Shown here: positions 42,415-54,491 of the stretch, in pieces
Position numbering within the stretch: position 1 is the stretch's first letter
Layout: every line of letters begins with the position of its first letter
Assembly: GCA_951406725.2 (NCBI GenBank)
Contig: OX597819.1
Span: forward strand, 51,646,001-51,710,000
Direction: 5' to 3'
Length of the DNA stretch: 64,000 nt
Source of the DNA: Octopus vulgaris
Lineage: Eukaryota
Translations under genes and position numbers: made by a program
The notes under the pieces: generated by a model
The model's input: the letters and a program-made list of their open reading frames with translations, nothing else
The model's database searches: none
What the model was told of the DNA's origin: nothing

Positions 42415-42416
<2 letters not shown>
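42127..42416 (-). mobile_element. 5'-truncated, internally deleted Tx1/L1-like LINE end inside a (GATA)n array
   Basis: Minus strand encodes YLTRLFRTTFGPGPMDNFQRSLAWQC joined to KRWVNVARMARMNDEATLSIVL*, then a T-rich 3' UTR ending gcagccctgtgtggctAATAAAgaaac-(tatc)n. (GATA)n on both sides. Confidence 0.7.
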
Positions 42417-42460
<44 letters not shown>

Positions 42461-42689
42461 TTAATATGATGTTACCCAATTTGTGGTGGGAAGAAAAGCG
42501 TTAATAATTTTAATTCAGTTAATAACTTGATGCTTGATGTAGCTTTTGTTCTGTAGCTCGACCAATAGAAAGCAGTAGTCAAATCTTCTTCAATCTCCAC
42601 TTACCGTATGGTCTTAAAAGAGAACATTCGTTAGTGCCCGTACACACATACAACACTCCAAAAACACTGTGTGTGTATGTGTGTGTGTG

Positions 42690-42952
42690 GTAGACTCGTC
42701 CTCTAAAGACGACGTATGAATGTTCAGCTTTCTTACCGAACGAATTGCACAAATAATTTGTTTATGATGATGAAATGTTTGTGTTGTACATTAAGTTCAC
42801 TCTCTCGTTCTCCATCAATTCGACGTTACCTGAACAGGCGTCGAAGTGGTCGCAGAGCAACGTGAGACGAAATATATTGTTCAAGAACACAACACACCAC
42901 TCAGTCTAGGAGAGGAAACCACAATCTCACAATCCTGAGTGTGACACCCTAA

Positions 42953-42955
<3 letters not shown>
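42690..42955 (-). mobile_element. Old CORE-like SINE (family E)
   Basis: Collinear with 59704-59770 + 60452-60690, the copy split by the HHR element. Related degenerate heads at ~24120-24260 and ~58300-58465. Confidence 0.55.
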
Positions 42956-43046
<91 letters not shown>

Positions 43047-43127
43047 GAGACAAAACCACTATTTTGCAAAACAAACAAGGAAAGACTTAATCAATACATA
43101 AAATTTTAATAAAAAGTAAAAAAACCG

Positions 43128-43170
43128 CCACTACAATTGTTTCATGTCTTGATCGACAATCTTCAGGTGG
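43128..43170 (-). ncRNA. Type I hammerhead ribozyme (mirror copy)
   Basis: Exact reverse complement of 43245-43287. Confidence 0.8.
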
Positions 43171-43244
43171 ATTTCCGATTTTCAAGTCAGTTTCAAATTA
43201 TGAAACTGACTTCATAATTTGAAACTGACTTGAAAATCGGAAAT

Positions 43245-43287
43245 CCACCTGAAGATTGTCGATCAAGACATGAAACAATTGTAGTGG
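43245..43287 (+). ncRNA. Type I hammerhead ribozyme
   Basis: ccac-CTGAAGA-t-tgtc(gatcaa)gaca-t-GAAAC-aatt-GTA-gtgg: stem I ccac/gtgg, palindromic stem III ACAATTGT, GUA triplet. U-U mismatch at the base of stem II. Confidence 0.8.
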
Positions 43288-43453
43288 CGGTTTTTTAACT
43301 TTTATTAAAATTTTATGTATTGATTAAGTCTTTCCTTGTTTGTTTTGCAAAATAGTGGTTTTGTCTCTAATTAATATATATAATATTTTACTATAAAATT
43401 GGATTTAATCCTAAATCTGATTTTTTCCCTGTAAATTTGGATTTATTCCCTAA

Positions 43454-43511
<58 letters not shown>

Positions 43512-43515
<4 letters not shown>

Positions 43516-43693
43516 AAAAAAGAACAAACAAGAAAACAACAACGCGAGGACGTGGTACATGTAAATTATTAGCAGATGCTCAGAGAAGGGAAGAAAGATG
43601 GTTTAACACTTCGAGCAGACGCTCTTCTTCGGAAACAGAGGAAATTCCAATAGAAGGGAAGACGGAGGAAGAAAATCGCCAACAACTCACATG
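43512..43693 (-). mobile_element. Diverged copy of the 13432 HHR element
   Basis: Reverse complement gttt-CCGAAGA-agagcgtctgctc-GAAGT-GTT-aaac with the same flanking sequence. Its 3' end abuts (TA)n. Confidence 0.7.
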
Positions 43694-43719
43694 TATATAT
43701 TGTATGTTTATTGTGTATA

Positions 43720-43954
43720 TATAGAGTTGGCCAAAAGTCACCCGAGAGTAAATCAAAACTATTTCATTCCAAGATTTATTTATGTTTAACAACTGAATGA
43801 ATTTAATAAAAGTATCTAAATATGAAACATCATTAAAATCGTTCAAACTGAAGTCTTTGAGCGACACATTCTTCCATTCGAGTAAATACAGAACTACAGA
43901 TAGTATCTATGGAATTTTGATTTACTGTCGGGATTACTTTTGGCTAATCCTGTA
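43720..43954. mobile_element. Tc1/mariner-like MITE
   Basis: About 40-bp imperfect TIRs (tagagttggccaaaagtcacccgagagtaaatcaaaa / ttttgatttactgtcgggattacttttggctaatcctg), TA flanks. Confidence 0.7.
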
Positions 43955-45049
43955 TATTGTATATTTTTATCTTGTTTTCGTTTTAGTTATATTACATATG
44001 TTCCAAAATTGTTTGCTGCAGATGCATAGCCTTCCGTCGTGAAAATGCAATATTTGTATTTTCCGCTTGTATTTGGATTGATAAATGATTACATTGGTGT
44101 GATTTGAGCTTCATTTAGTGGCGTGCAAATATAGCTTCGATGTGGTTGTTACTGTTGTTGCTGTTGTTGTTGTCGTTGTTGCTGCTATTGTTGTCGTTAT
44201 TGTTGTTGTTGTTTAGCGTCAAGAACAACTGATATATAGCTTATTGGCAAACAAGCAGAAATCAGTAACTCCTTTAATCTGATGAATTTATAAATTGCAT
44301 GGGTTGGAAATCTATTTAGTGACCTGCAGATATAGACCCAAGATAGTTATTGTTCCTGTTGTTGTTGTCAACGCTGTTGTTGTTGCCGTGGCTCTTGTTG
44401 TTGCCGTGGCTGTTACTGCAGCCGTTGCTTTTTGTACTTCTTCGTAACTCCAAGTGAATTCTCATATCCTTTAGTGGCTAAGCAGGAGACATTTTGGTAA
44501 CTCCTTCACTAAACTTGAGTGGCTGTACTTAATGAGTAAGTAATAATTCAATTTTAATTACATACTTTTGTTCCAGCTCTGTCCCAAATCCGCGGGAAAA
44601 GAATATATTGCTCTCATCCACCAACACGTTTAACATCATCGAAGCGATCAATTATTAACGATCGCCTTCAACATATACATCTTAAGTATCGTCTACAAAA
44701 AATACATCCTTCCCTTTGTCTCTCTCTCCCTCCCTCCCTCACTCTGAATCAATCGATATGTTACGTCTGAGGGAAATTGTATATAGATAAGTGCAACAAA
44801 TGTTACTATCGAACTGTAGCTGTCGAGCTGATTATAAGAAACTTATGGTATAAAAGTACTTCATAGTCAACTAACACCTGCATTATGAGCAAGTAAGATT
44901 TGATTTATCAATGAGATTATAGTTAAATGAAAACTGTGAGTGGAAGTACTAGTCGAAGAATTCCAAGGAAATTGCTGACTGCAGTTGAATATTTCTTGAA
45001 TGAAATACAGTGTAGTCTCAGGAACAAAAAACAGAGACAAAGGAATCGC

Positions 45050-45670
45050 ACTTAAGCAGCCGCTTGCAAATTATCCGCCGCAATGAAATGGTGCCCCACG
45101 AGGATTTGGTGTGATTTGGAATCGACTTACCATGCCAAATCTGTTCGCTGCGATTAAATGGTACATTGCGACGAACTAGTGCCCAACTGTGAACTGCTGG
45201 GTCGTAACGAAAGGGTGAACCGTAATGAATTCGTGTGCTGCGGTGAACTGGTGCGCTACAACGAACTGATGTGCTGCGTGGGATTTTGGTGCTACTGGAC
45301 AAACTAATGTGCCACGAGAAACTGGTACTTTGCGACGAAATGCTCCACCGCAACAAATTGATACGCCGAAACGAACTGGTGCGCTGCGACGAACTGATCC
45401 GCTGTAACGAACTGATCTGCTGAAACGAAATTGTCCACCGCAACGAACTGGTCAGCCGCAACGAACAAGTCTATGGCAAGGAATTGGTCCAATGCAGCGA
45501 ACCGTTGCGTCGCAACAAACCGGTGCGCCGCAACGATCTGGTCTGCCGTAACGAACTGGTCCGCTGCAAAGTTCTGGTCCACCGTAACGAACTGGTCCGC
45601 CTTAACGAACTTGTCTGCCGCAACGAACTGCACCGCAACTAGTACGTTGCAACGAAATTGTCCAGCGTGA
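45050..45670. repeat. Degenerate 18-bp minisatellite (consensus gcaacgaactggtccgcc)
   Basis: Roughly 30 units, best conserved at 45340-45640. Translates as (AADQFV)n on the minus strand (ORF 45304-45633) and (ATNWSA)n on the plus strand (ORF 45431-45670). Confidence 0.85.
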
Positions 45671-46076
45671 TGAAGAGGTGTTCTGCATGAGGTATCTATG
45701 TGGGCTACCGGTTTTTATTAAATATCATAACCGAGTTGTATCCACTTACGTCAAGAGGTGGGGGACGGGGGTCAGTTAGGGTTTCCTTCCTCACAAGGAT
45801 AATGGAATAAGTACTTGACAAGGTTAAGGTGCTGAGTTAAGATATCGCTGAAGGCCGTGCATCAGCGTGGTCATCATCGTTCAACGAGTGAAAAAGAGTA
45901 AATAAATAAATCAATAAAGTAATAATCAAGCATAAGATCAGTTCGATCGCAGTATATAAATGATAATGATGATGATGAAAAAGAGAAGAAAAGGGGGAAG
46001 GAGGAGAAAGAGAGGGGAGAGGAGAAGGGAGAGTAGGAGAAGGAGAGGGATGACGACGTCGATGAAAATGTCGCTG

Positions 46077-46182
<106 letters not shown>

Positions 46183-46479
46183 TGATAATAATAACAACAA
46201 CAACAATAAGAATAATAGCAGCAACAACAGTAATAATAGGTTCTTTATCATTGCCACCAGGACTCTTTCATATATATACAATATGGAAGTGTTACAAAGG
46301 TGTTTAAGAACGTGTGGCGGTGTACGAATGCGGTTATAAAGAGAAAAAGAAGGCAGAGCTAAGGACGTTATACAATACATTAGGACAAAACAAAATTGAT
46401 GTAAATACACAGAATAAATAGACAAATGAATAAGCATTAATACAGTAAATAATAGCAACCCACCCACATTACTAATCAG

Positions 46480-47140
46480 TGGAAAACTACCTGCTCTTCT
46501 CGGCGAAAGGAAGAAGGCGGGGCGATCCGGTCAGGTGAAAACTGGAAAACTGGCTTAAAGCGTGATGTCCAGGTGGTACCATGTAAAGGAGATAAGGCGG
46601 CGAGCTGGCAGAACCGTTAGCACGCCGGGCTAGCAGCTTTTCGTGCTTAGCGGCATTTCGTCCGTCTTCACGTTCTGAGTTCAAAATCCGCCGAGGTTGA
46701 CTTTGTCTTTCATCCTTTTCGGGGTCGGCCAAATAAGTACCAGTCAAACACTGAGGTCGCTGTAATCGGCTTGTCCCTTCTCTCAAAACTGCTGGCCTTA
46801 AGTTAAAATCAAAAAGAATTATTATATCTTTTTTGCTGGCTGTAGCGGAAGTTGTGCGGTGGATGCAACTGAAAAGGTTGAAGACAAGCACTTTTCACTT
46901 CGGCCAAGCCCTCGTCAACTTTTCCGGTTCCATTTGGAAACGAAAGTGAGAAAGTGAGGGTGGAGAGTGAGGTGTTACCGCCCAGTCAATTTGTTGAAAG
47001 ACGTGAAAATGTGGTGAGAATGGCCAGAGTAAATGGACTTACTCTGAGGCTGAAATTTACGAAGGAGAGGGGAATACTTACAATGGTACACCTGTGAGTA
47101 GGGTGACTCGGGATCTGTAGGGTTTCTTAGTTTCTTAGCC
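46480..47140 (+). mobile_element. Older Tx1/L1-like ORF2 C-terminal fragment, interrupted by a SINE
   Basis: LLAVAEVVRWMQLKRLKTSTFHFGQALVNF...FVERRENVVRMARVNGLTL matches the KRWVNVARMARMN end seen at 42270-42335. Frameshifted. Boundaries approximate. Confidence 0.55.
46596..46825 (+). mobile_element. SINE family D copy
   Basis: Full head and Meta-like core. Other copies at ~8590-8790 (+), 11345-11490 (+), 19608-19770 (-), 47210-47420 (-) and 49930-50080 (-). Confidence 0.85.
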
Positions 47141-47564
47141 AATTAGTATATTTTTTCCCTTCAATTTTAAGGAGCTAAACAAAACATAACTTGTGTGGAC
47201 AAATAATAATAGTTTCAAATTTTAGCAGAAGGCCAGCAAGTTCAGAGGAGCGGGTAAGTCGAAAATATCGACACTAGTATTTGTTCAACTGGTACTTATT
47301 CGATCGATTTCGAACGGATGAAAGCCGAATCATCCCGGCAGTATTTGAACTCAGAACGTAAAGACGGGACAAAATACCGCTAAGCTTTTTTTTGTCCGGT
47401 GCGATAACGATGAAAATGGGGCAACTCACCGCTTTGAGCGGACAAAAAAATAGAAATGAAAGATGAGGATAATAATGAAGAAGAAGAAGAAGAAGAAGAA
47501 GAAGAAGAAGAAGAAGAAGAAGAAGAAGAAGAAGAAGAAGAAGACAGCAATTACAACAACAAAA

Positions 47565-47611
<47 letters not shown>

Positions 47612-48259
47612 GAAGATAATGATGATGATGACGTCGACGACGACGACGTTGATGATTGTTAGTATGCACATTCATATATTTGTTTATTGATTACCGAGGC
47701 CCAAAACGTTAAAGACAGTAGAAGGACGAAATAAGAAACAAAAAATAAAAGAAGCGAAGGATATACCTGTAGTGAAAGGGCTGAACAAAAAAAAAAAAAG
47801 AAAAGAAAAGGATAATGTCAAGCCGTAGTCTATTGAATCGAGTTCTATTTATTTTGTTAACGTGCAAGACTAAAGTTTCATATGGAGTTTGGTGTAAGTC
47901 ATCGTGCGTACGTCCGTTTTGAATTCATGAGCTGTGCACACGTGCCTTGACAAGCTGACTCTATGAATGGTCTCACGCTCTCTCTCTCACACACACACTT
48001 GCGCACAGGGACGCGCGCCTAAAATGATATTCGAACATAAAATGCTTTTCGTAATAGCGAAATGTCCCTGTAAGTGCCTTTGTTCTATATGACTGTGTGT
48101 GTGTTTACTTGAGAGTGTATGTGTGTTGTGTGCGTGCGTATGTGCGTATCCTGCGGGTAGGGCCCATAGTGTGCCACTCATATAAACGCTTTAACGTTAT
48201 GTCTATCTATTTCGCATGTACAACTCTATTTATAAGCATACTATATGCTTATTTAGCCG

Positions 48260-48640
48260 TACGCGTGGATGTGCGGTAAGATATTTGCTCTCCAACCACA
48301 TGACTTGGGGTTTCGGTTCCACTGCGTGGCACTTTGCGCAAATGTCTTCTACTATAGCCTTGAGCTGACCAAAGCCTTGAGAGTGGATTTAGCAGAGAAC
48401 AACTGAAAGTATGTCGTATACGCGCGCTTGTGTGTGTGTGTGCGTTTGTGTGCGTATGTCCTCCTCCAGCATAAACAAAACTAACCGGTGTTGGTTTGTT
48501 TATGTTCATAACTTAGCGGTTTGGCAAAAGAAATCGATAGAATAAGTACCAGACTGGGGAGTCGATTTGTTCGACTAATATTCTACAAGGCGGTGCCCCA
48601 GCATGACCAGAATCCAATGACTGAAACAAATGAAAGATAG
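48260..48640 (+). mobile_element. SINE family A copy
   Basis: Collinear with 8045-8462, more diverged. Confidence 0.8.
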
Positions 48641-48871
48641 ATGAGATCAGTCGTTTACATCATGTCCAATATTTTGCTGTTTTTATTGCCCTTTTTATTT
48701 GGAAATGGGTTAAAGATTCATTAAGCAGACTTAATTTACAAATATGGGTGATGGACACGAGTCAATAGTAATATGATTTCTTCAATGCGATTGTTTTAAG
48801 GATGTATCCATTTTAAATACAAACTAATGTTTGAAAAAATTGTGCTAATTAAGTTAGCGAGCATTCTCTTG

Positions 48872-49064
48872 TATTCTCTTTTACTTGTTTCAGTCATTTG
48901 ACTGCGGCCATGCTGGAGCACTGCCTTTAGTCGAGCAAATCAAACCCAGGACTTATTCTTTGGAAGCCTAGTACTTATTCTATCGGTCTCTTTTGCCGAA
49001 CCGATAAGTTACACATCACTATCGGTTGTCGAGTGATGTTGGGGGAACAAACACAGACACACAA

Positions 49065-49148
<84 letters not shown>

Positions 49149-49457
49149 AACAGTAAAAATAATTACAGACGTGGACAAGAACATGAAACGCCACAGGGAC
49201 GACACAAGAACCACAGGACGGGACATTCGAATATATATATATATATATATATATATACGCCACGGATGATGAAGAATAAGGGAGGAGAGACATATATACG
49301 ACAGGCTTCTTTCAGTTTCCATCTATCAAATCCACTCACAAGGCTTTGGTCGGCCCGAGGCTATAGCAGAAGACACTTGCCCAAGGTGTCACGCAGTGGG
49401 ACTGAACCAGGAACCATGTGGTTGGTAAGCAAGCTACTTACCATACAGCTACTCCTG
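48872..49457 (-). mobile_element. SINE family A copy with foreign inserts in its TA tract
   Basis: Tail 48872-49065, head 49298-49457, extra sequence at 49143-49231 and 49257-49292. Confidence 0.85.
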
Positions 49458-50085
49458 ACAGCTTGGCAAGTCTCTTTTACCATAGTTATTTTTTAAACGA
49501 AATTTTTAAGGAAATTAATAGGAATTTTCTTGGTTTGTTTTTAAGTGTATCTAACATAATGTCTGTTAATATATTGGGATGTTAAGTAACTAATCACCTC
49601 TGTATACGCCAGTATTCACAATGGCAAAAATCTTATGAAATGCATCTAGAATGTATGCGCCAACAATATCTCTTATCTCGGCGCTGCGAAACGAACCCAT
49701 ACTGTCAAACTCGGATGAATGTGTGAGATCGAATTTCTCATCTCAAGCAGAATCTTTATCGAAGATTAACATTCTGACGATAATTGCAATCATTTTTTTT
49801 TTTTTCTAGAAATTAATACTAAAAACTAGTTACAGGGTTGGCGTTTATCTCTTCGGGGTTGATAACATAAAGTACCAGCTTAGCACTGCGTTGGAAGTTA
49901 TAAACTTAATAAGAATAATAACAATAATAGTAATCCGTTCTACTATAGGCATAAGGCCTGAAATTCGCGGAAAGGGGAACCCCAGTGCTCAACTGGTTGT
50001 TATTTCATCGACCCCAAAGGATAAATGTCAAAGTCGATCTTTGAACTCAGAACATAAAGACGGACCATTTGACGCTAAGCGCGCG

Positions 50086-50122
<37 letters not shown>

Positions 50123-50312
50123 GAGCAACTGCTTTCGAAGACTCATATTGTCGTTCAATGCTTCAAATGAGCAGTAGATGGACAGCTAACAACTGATGAA
50201 GTGTCGTTCTTTATGTTACTTGACCTGTTTTCAATTTGTTCCTCTCGTTGTTTGCGTATCAACTCATTTGTTTTCGTATTTCATGTTGTTTGCGGTTTGT
50301 GGCGTCTTGTAC

Positions 50313-50345
<33 letters not shown>

Positions 50346-50383
50346 ATACATATATATGTACATATTTATATGTATGTACATAT

Positions 50384-50539
50384 AGGCATGACTGCGTGGT
50401 GAGATGCTTGCTTCCCAACCATAAGGTACCAGGTTCTGTCCCACTGCGTGGTACCTTGGGCAAATGTCTTCTACAATAACCTCGGGCCGATTAAGGTCTC
50501 GTGAGTGCATTTAGTAAACGGAAATTGAAAGAAGCCCGT

Positions 50540-50580
<41 letters not shown>

Positions 50581-50865
50581 GTTGTATACTGTCGACTTAA
50601 CGTGACAGTAGGGGATTACACCACCGCTGTTTAGCCCTAGGAAGCATCGACGCTTCCTGTCGGCTTCGACACATTTCCTGTGTCCTTATATACTTACGAA
50701 GGGGAGACAAATGTGTCGAAGCCGACAGGAAGCGTCGATGCTTCCTAGGGCTAAACAGCTGTGGTGTAATCCCCTACTGTCACGTTAAGTTGACAGTATA
50801 CAACCATTCTATCGCCCCACCACCATACATATCTCTATGAGATATTTAGAAATTAAATATATATA

Positions 50866-50914
<49 letters not shown>

Positions 50915-51137
50915 GTGTGTGTATATACATGTGTGTATCTGTGGGTGTCTTTATGTCTGTGTTTGTTCCTCCATCACTCTAACCGATCTTGGGGTGTCTA
51001 CGTCACCGTATTCCGGCGGTTCAGCAAAAGGGGCTGATAAAAATAAATACTAGGCTTAAATAAGCACTAATACTCTTCAAGGCGTTGCTCCAGCGTGGCT
51101 GCAGTCAAACGACAGAAACACGTAAATGAATAAAAGA
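50384..51137 (+). mobile_element. SINE family A copy hosting the 50573 foldback element
   Basis: Head 50384-50541, tail ~50945-51137. Confidence 0.8.
50573..50857. mobile_element. Foldback element in the (TA)n tract of a SINE; PLE-like architecture, non-canonical HHR-like motif
   Basis: Near-perfect inverted arms ~50573-50676 and ~50709-50812 plus a 45 bp unpaired right extension, with TA tracts on both sides. Confidence 0.7.
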
Positions 51138-51139
51138 AC

Positions 51140-51196
<57 letters not shown>

Positions 51197-52270
51197 TGTG
51201 TGTGTCTGTGTGTCTTTATCCCAGCTTCCACTAATCAGCAGCCGTCTCTCGAGCCTAGCTCTCTCTCTCTCTCCTCCTTTATTGCTCCCCGAAGTGTTAG
51301 CCTCGGCAGGGTCCATCCTGCGACACTCTGTGTTGGTACTACAGCACGTGGCGCGGACAATAGCGCCCGTCGACGACGCTTGCCGCTTGGCCGATTGAAG
51401 CAGGTGGTTGGCACCTTCTGTTCTTCTAAACACTCACGTGTCACCCCCCTCCACCGCCGCCGCCACTGCCGCCTGCCAACATGGCTGATGATGCTTCGGA
51501 CTCTTTTTTTTTTTACTGATTGTTGTCGTTCGCCCTAGATTATTCTTGTTACTATTCCGTGTTTGTTGTGTTCTTGCTGTTATTTGATGATATGAGTGGT
51601 GGAGGACGGGGCGGATGGGGGGGGGGGGGGCACGAGTGAAGGGGATAGTGGTGGTGGTGGTAATATTAGTGGTGTTGGTGGTGAGATGGTGGTGTTGGTA
51701 TAGGTGGTGGTGGTGATGGTGGTAGTGGTTGTGGTGATGATGGTGGTGGTGGTGGTGGTGATTGTGGTGGTGGTGGTGGTGTTTTGGAGATGGAGGTGTG
51801 GTAGAGGTGGAGGTGTGGTGGAGGTGGAGGTGTGGTGGAGGTGGTGGTGGTGGTGGTGTTGATGGATTGGTAGTGGTGGTGTAGGTGGTGGTGTTGGTGT
51901 AAGTGATGGTGATGGTGGTGATATTAGTGGTGGAGGTGCTGGTGATGGTGGAGGTGGTGGAGATGGTGTGGCGGTAGTAGTAGTGATGGTGATATCTGTT
52001 GTAGTGCTGGTAGTAATGGTGGCGATGATGCTGGTATTGTCGTTGTTGCTGTTGTTGCTGGCGGTGGCGGCGGTGGCGGTAATGGGTGGGGTGGTGACTG
52101 CGTCGATGACGGCGGTGGGTGCTAATATGGTATGTCTTCCAGCGGCACGTGTAATGCATAACATACGTGTAGTGGGTGCCGGATGAATGTGCCGCTACGA
52201 CATGTCCTGAAATGTTTCTTGTAGGTCGCCTGACCTGACATTGACGTCAAACCATACAACTTCACGCGCG

Positions 52271-52350
<80 letters not shown>

Positions 52351-52707
52351 TGCATACATATGTTTATATAAGTTTATACGGGTGTGTGTTTATATATGTA
52401 AGCACATATATATATATATGTATATATGTATGTATGAATACGTGTAAATGTTCACATAAACCTCTGTATGCCTGTGTGTGTGTATGTGTGTGTGCGTGCG
52501 TGTGCGTGGTGCGCACATGTTCGTGTGTATGTGCGCGTGCGCGACGCGCGCGTGTGTGTGCGGTGACTCAAGACGTGTGCAGGACATCATGCAACAGTCG
52601 ATGGGTCTAACCCACCTAATGAGTTGTAACGAAGGAGAAGCAAGAGCGTTGGTAGTGGTGGTAGGGGTGTAATAGGAAAATATAGGTCAGAGCTAAGGGA
52701 ATGGATG

Positions 52708-52837
<130 letters not shown>

Positions 52838-52920
52838 CAGATAGACAGACAGATAGATAGATAGACAGATAGATAGATAGATAGATAGAGAGATAGAGAG
52901 AGAGAGATAAGTATAGATGT

Positions 52921-52955
<35 letters not shown>

Positions 52956-52985
52956 TAAGTATAGATGTAGATAGATAGATAGATC

Positions 52986-53076
<91 letters not shown>

Positions 53077-53837
53077 GCACTTATGTATAAGTGTGCATGG
53101 ATGTTAAATGAGTTGAAAGAGAGATAGAGTGAGATAGAGTGAGATGGAGAGAGGAGAAGTAGAAGAGAGACAGAGATATAAAACTTGATTATCGAACGAA
53201 AGCATAAGTGTGCCAAAAAGACATTTTTGCATTAGCCTGATGTAAAGACAAAGACAAGGAAATTGCGGGAGGAGCAGATTTAGTTGGAGATGGTGGGAGT
53301 AACAAGAGAGAGAGGGGGGAAGAAAGGGAAGGGGAAAGAGAATGAAAGAAAGGAAGAAAAAAAAAGGAAGAAAAGGATAAAGAAAGAAAGATTAAAAATT
53401 GAAAGTGTGTGTGTGTGTAGGAGAGATAGAACGGATGAAAGAATGAAAGAAATAAAGAAAGAAAAGAAGAAAGAAAGGAAAAAGAAAAGAAGGAAGAGTG
53501 TGTGCATATGTGTGTGAGACAGAGAGAGAGAGAGGGGGGGTGAAAGAGAGAGAGAATCAGAAAGAGAGAGAGAGTTGAAGATTAGGATTTGAATGAAAGT
53601 TATAAAGACATCCACGGCACCACATAAGCTTTGTCCGATCAAATGGAAGAACACTTTACGTGGTGAAGCTATTGGCAAAAAATAACAGCCAGATCTATCT
53701 CAAATCGAATTCATTAGTCTTAAAAGAAACATCACAATGGTCAATTTTGTCTGGGATACACTATTTGAATAAGGAAAATTCACGTTTATGAATTTGTGTT
53801 GCAAGATTCTTGATGTGAAATCGTGTGTTGAAACATT

Positions 53838-54138
53838 TATTGACATTTTTCGGGATGGTCATTTTGTTTTCTTTTTGTGACCAAATAAGCACACGCACTA
53901 TATATTCGTCCCTCACTCGTTTATGACTATTCTTATTTTATCTTATGTCCATTGTCCGGAAATCCTTCGTCACTCATCTGTGACCTCTTCAGCGACCCTT
54001 TCTGTCCATGTGTATCCTCCTGTTCCGCTTCTTCCATGGACATAAGATAAATTAAGAACAGTAATAAACGACTGAAGAACGAATATATAATGTGTGTTTA
54101 TTGGTAAAAACAAATGACCGTCCCGAAATATAACAATA
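53838..54138. mobile_element. Old foldback element with HHR-like motif in the spacer
   Basis: Imperfect arms ~53838-53952 and ~54036-54138. Minus strand 53954-53996 reads gtcg-CTGAAGA-g-gtcac(agatga)gtgac-GAAG (GAAA mutated). Confidence 0.5.
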
Positions 54139-54291
54139 TAAAAAGTTCATTGAATGCCAACTTTTTTTATGTTAGGCCAAGCTGCCACATAGACGAAGAA
54201 AGAGTGACCAACGAGGAAACATCAACATTATTGGTCCTTATTCCAGAAAAAGCAGCTGAATTTTTCTTGCATCGGGATGCATTGGATAATA

Positions 54292-54491
54292 TACGAGAGG
54301 ATACGAAAACTTCCTGGCTTTAAGGATGTCGCGAAAGGCCTGGTTGGCGGCCCAACTTTCCGAGTTCTTTTATAGGGCTTAGAAAAACTAAAGGACCGAT
54401 GCAATAAATGTGATTCTCAGAGGGGAATATGTTGCATAAAATCATAATTAACTGATTCTCCTGTATTTTTTTACCCAAAGCCAGGAACTTT
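54292..54491 (+). mobile_element. Mariner-derived MITE, right TIR cut by (TA)n
   Basis: Homologous to 1004-1221. Confidence 0.75.

Larger units (their letters stand above)
43041..43462. mobile_element. PLE-type foldback element in (TA)n: near-perfect palindrome plus unpaired 3' extension
   Basis: Arms 43041-43204 and 43211-43373 (~163 bp, almost identical), 6-nt loop, ~90 bp extension on the right, (TA)n on both flanks, HHR in each arm. Confidence 0.85.

Noticed and set aside
45050-45670. CRISPR-like array
   Set aside because: Units are contiguous with no unique spacers, no cas genes are present, and the context is eukaryotic.
50130-50312. Further HHR element (aaCTGATGAagtg) next to (TA)n
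   Set aside because: No downstream GAAA or stem II. It may be a PLE-like end, but a ribozyme cannot be supported.
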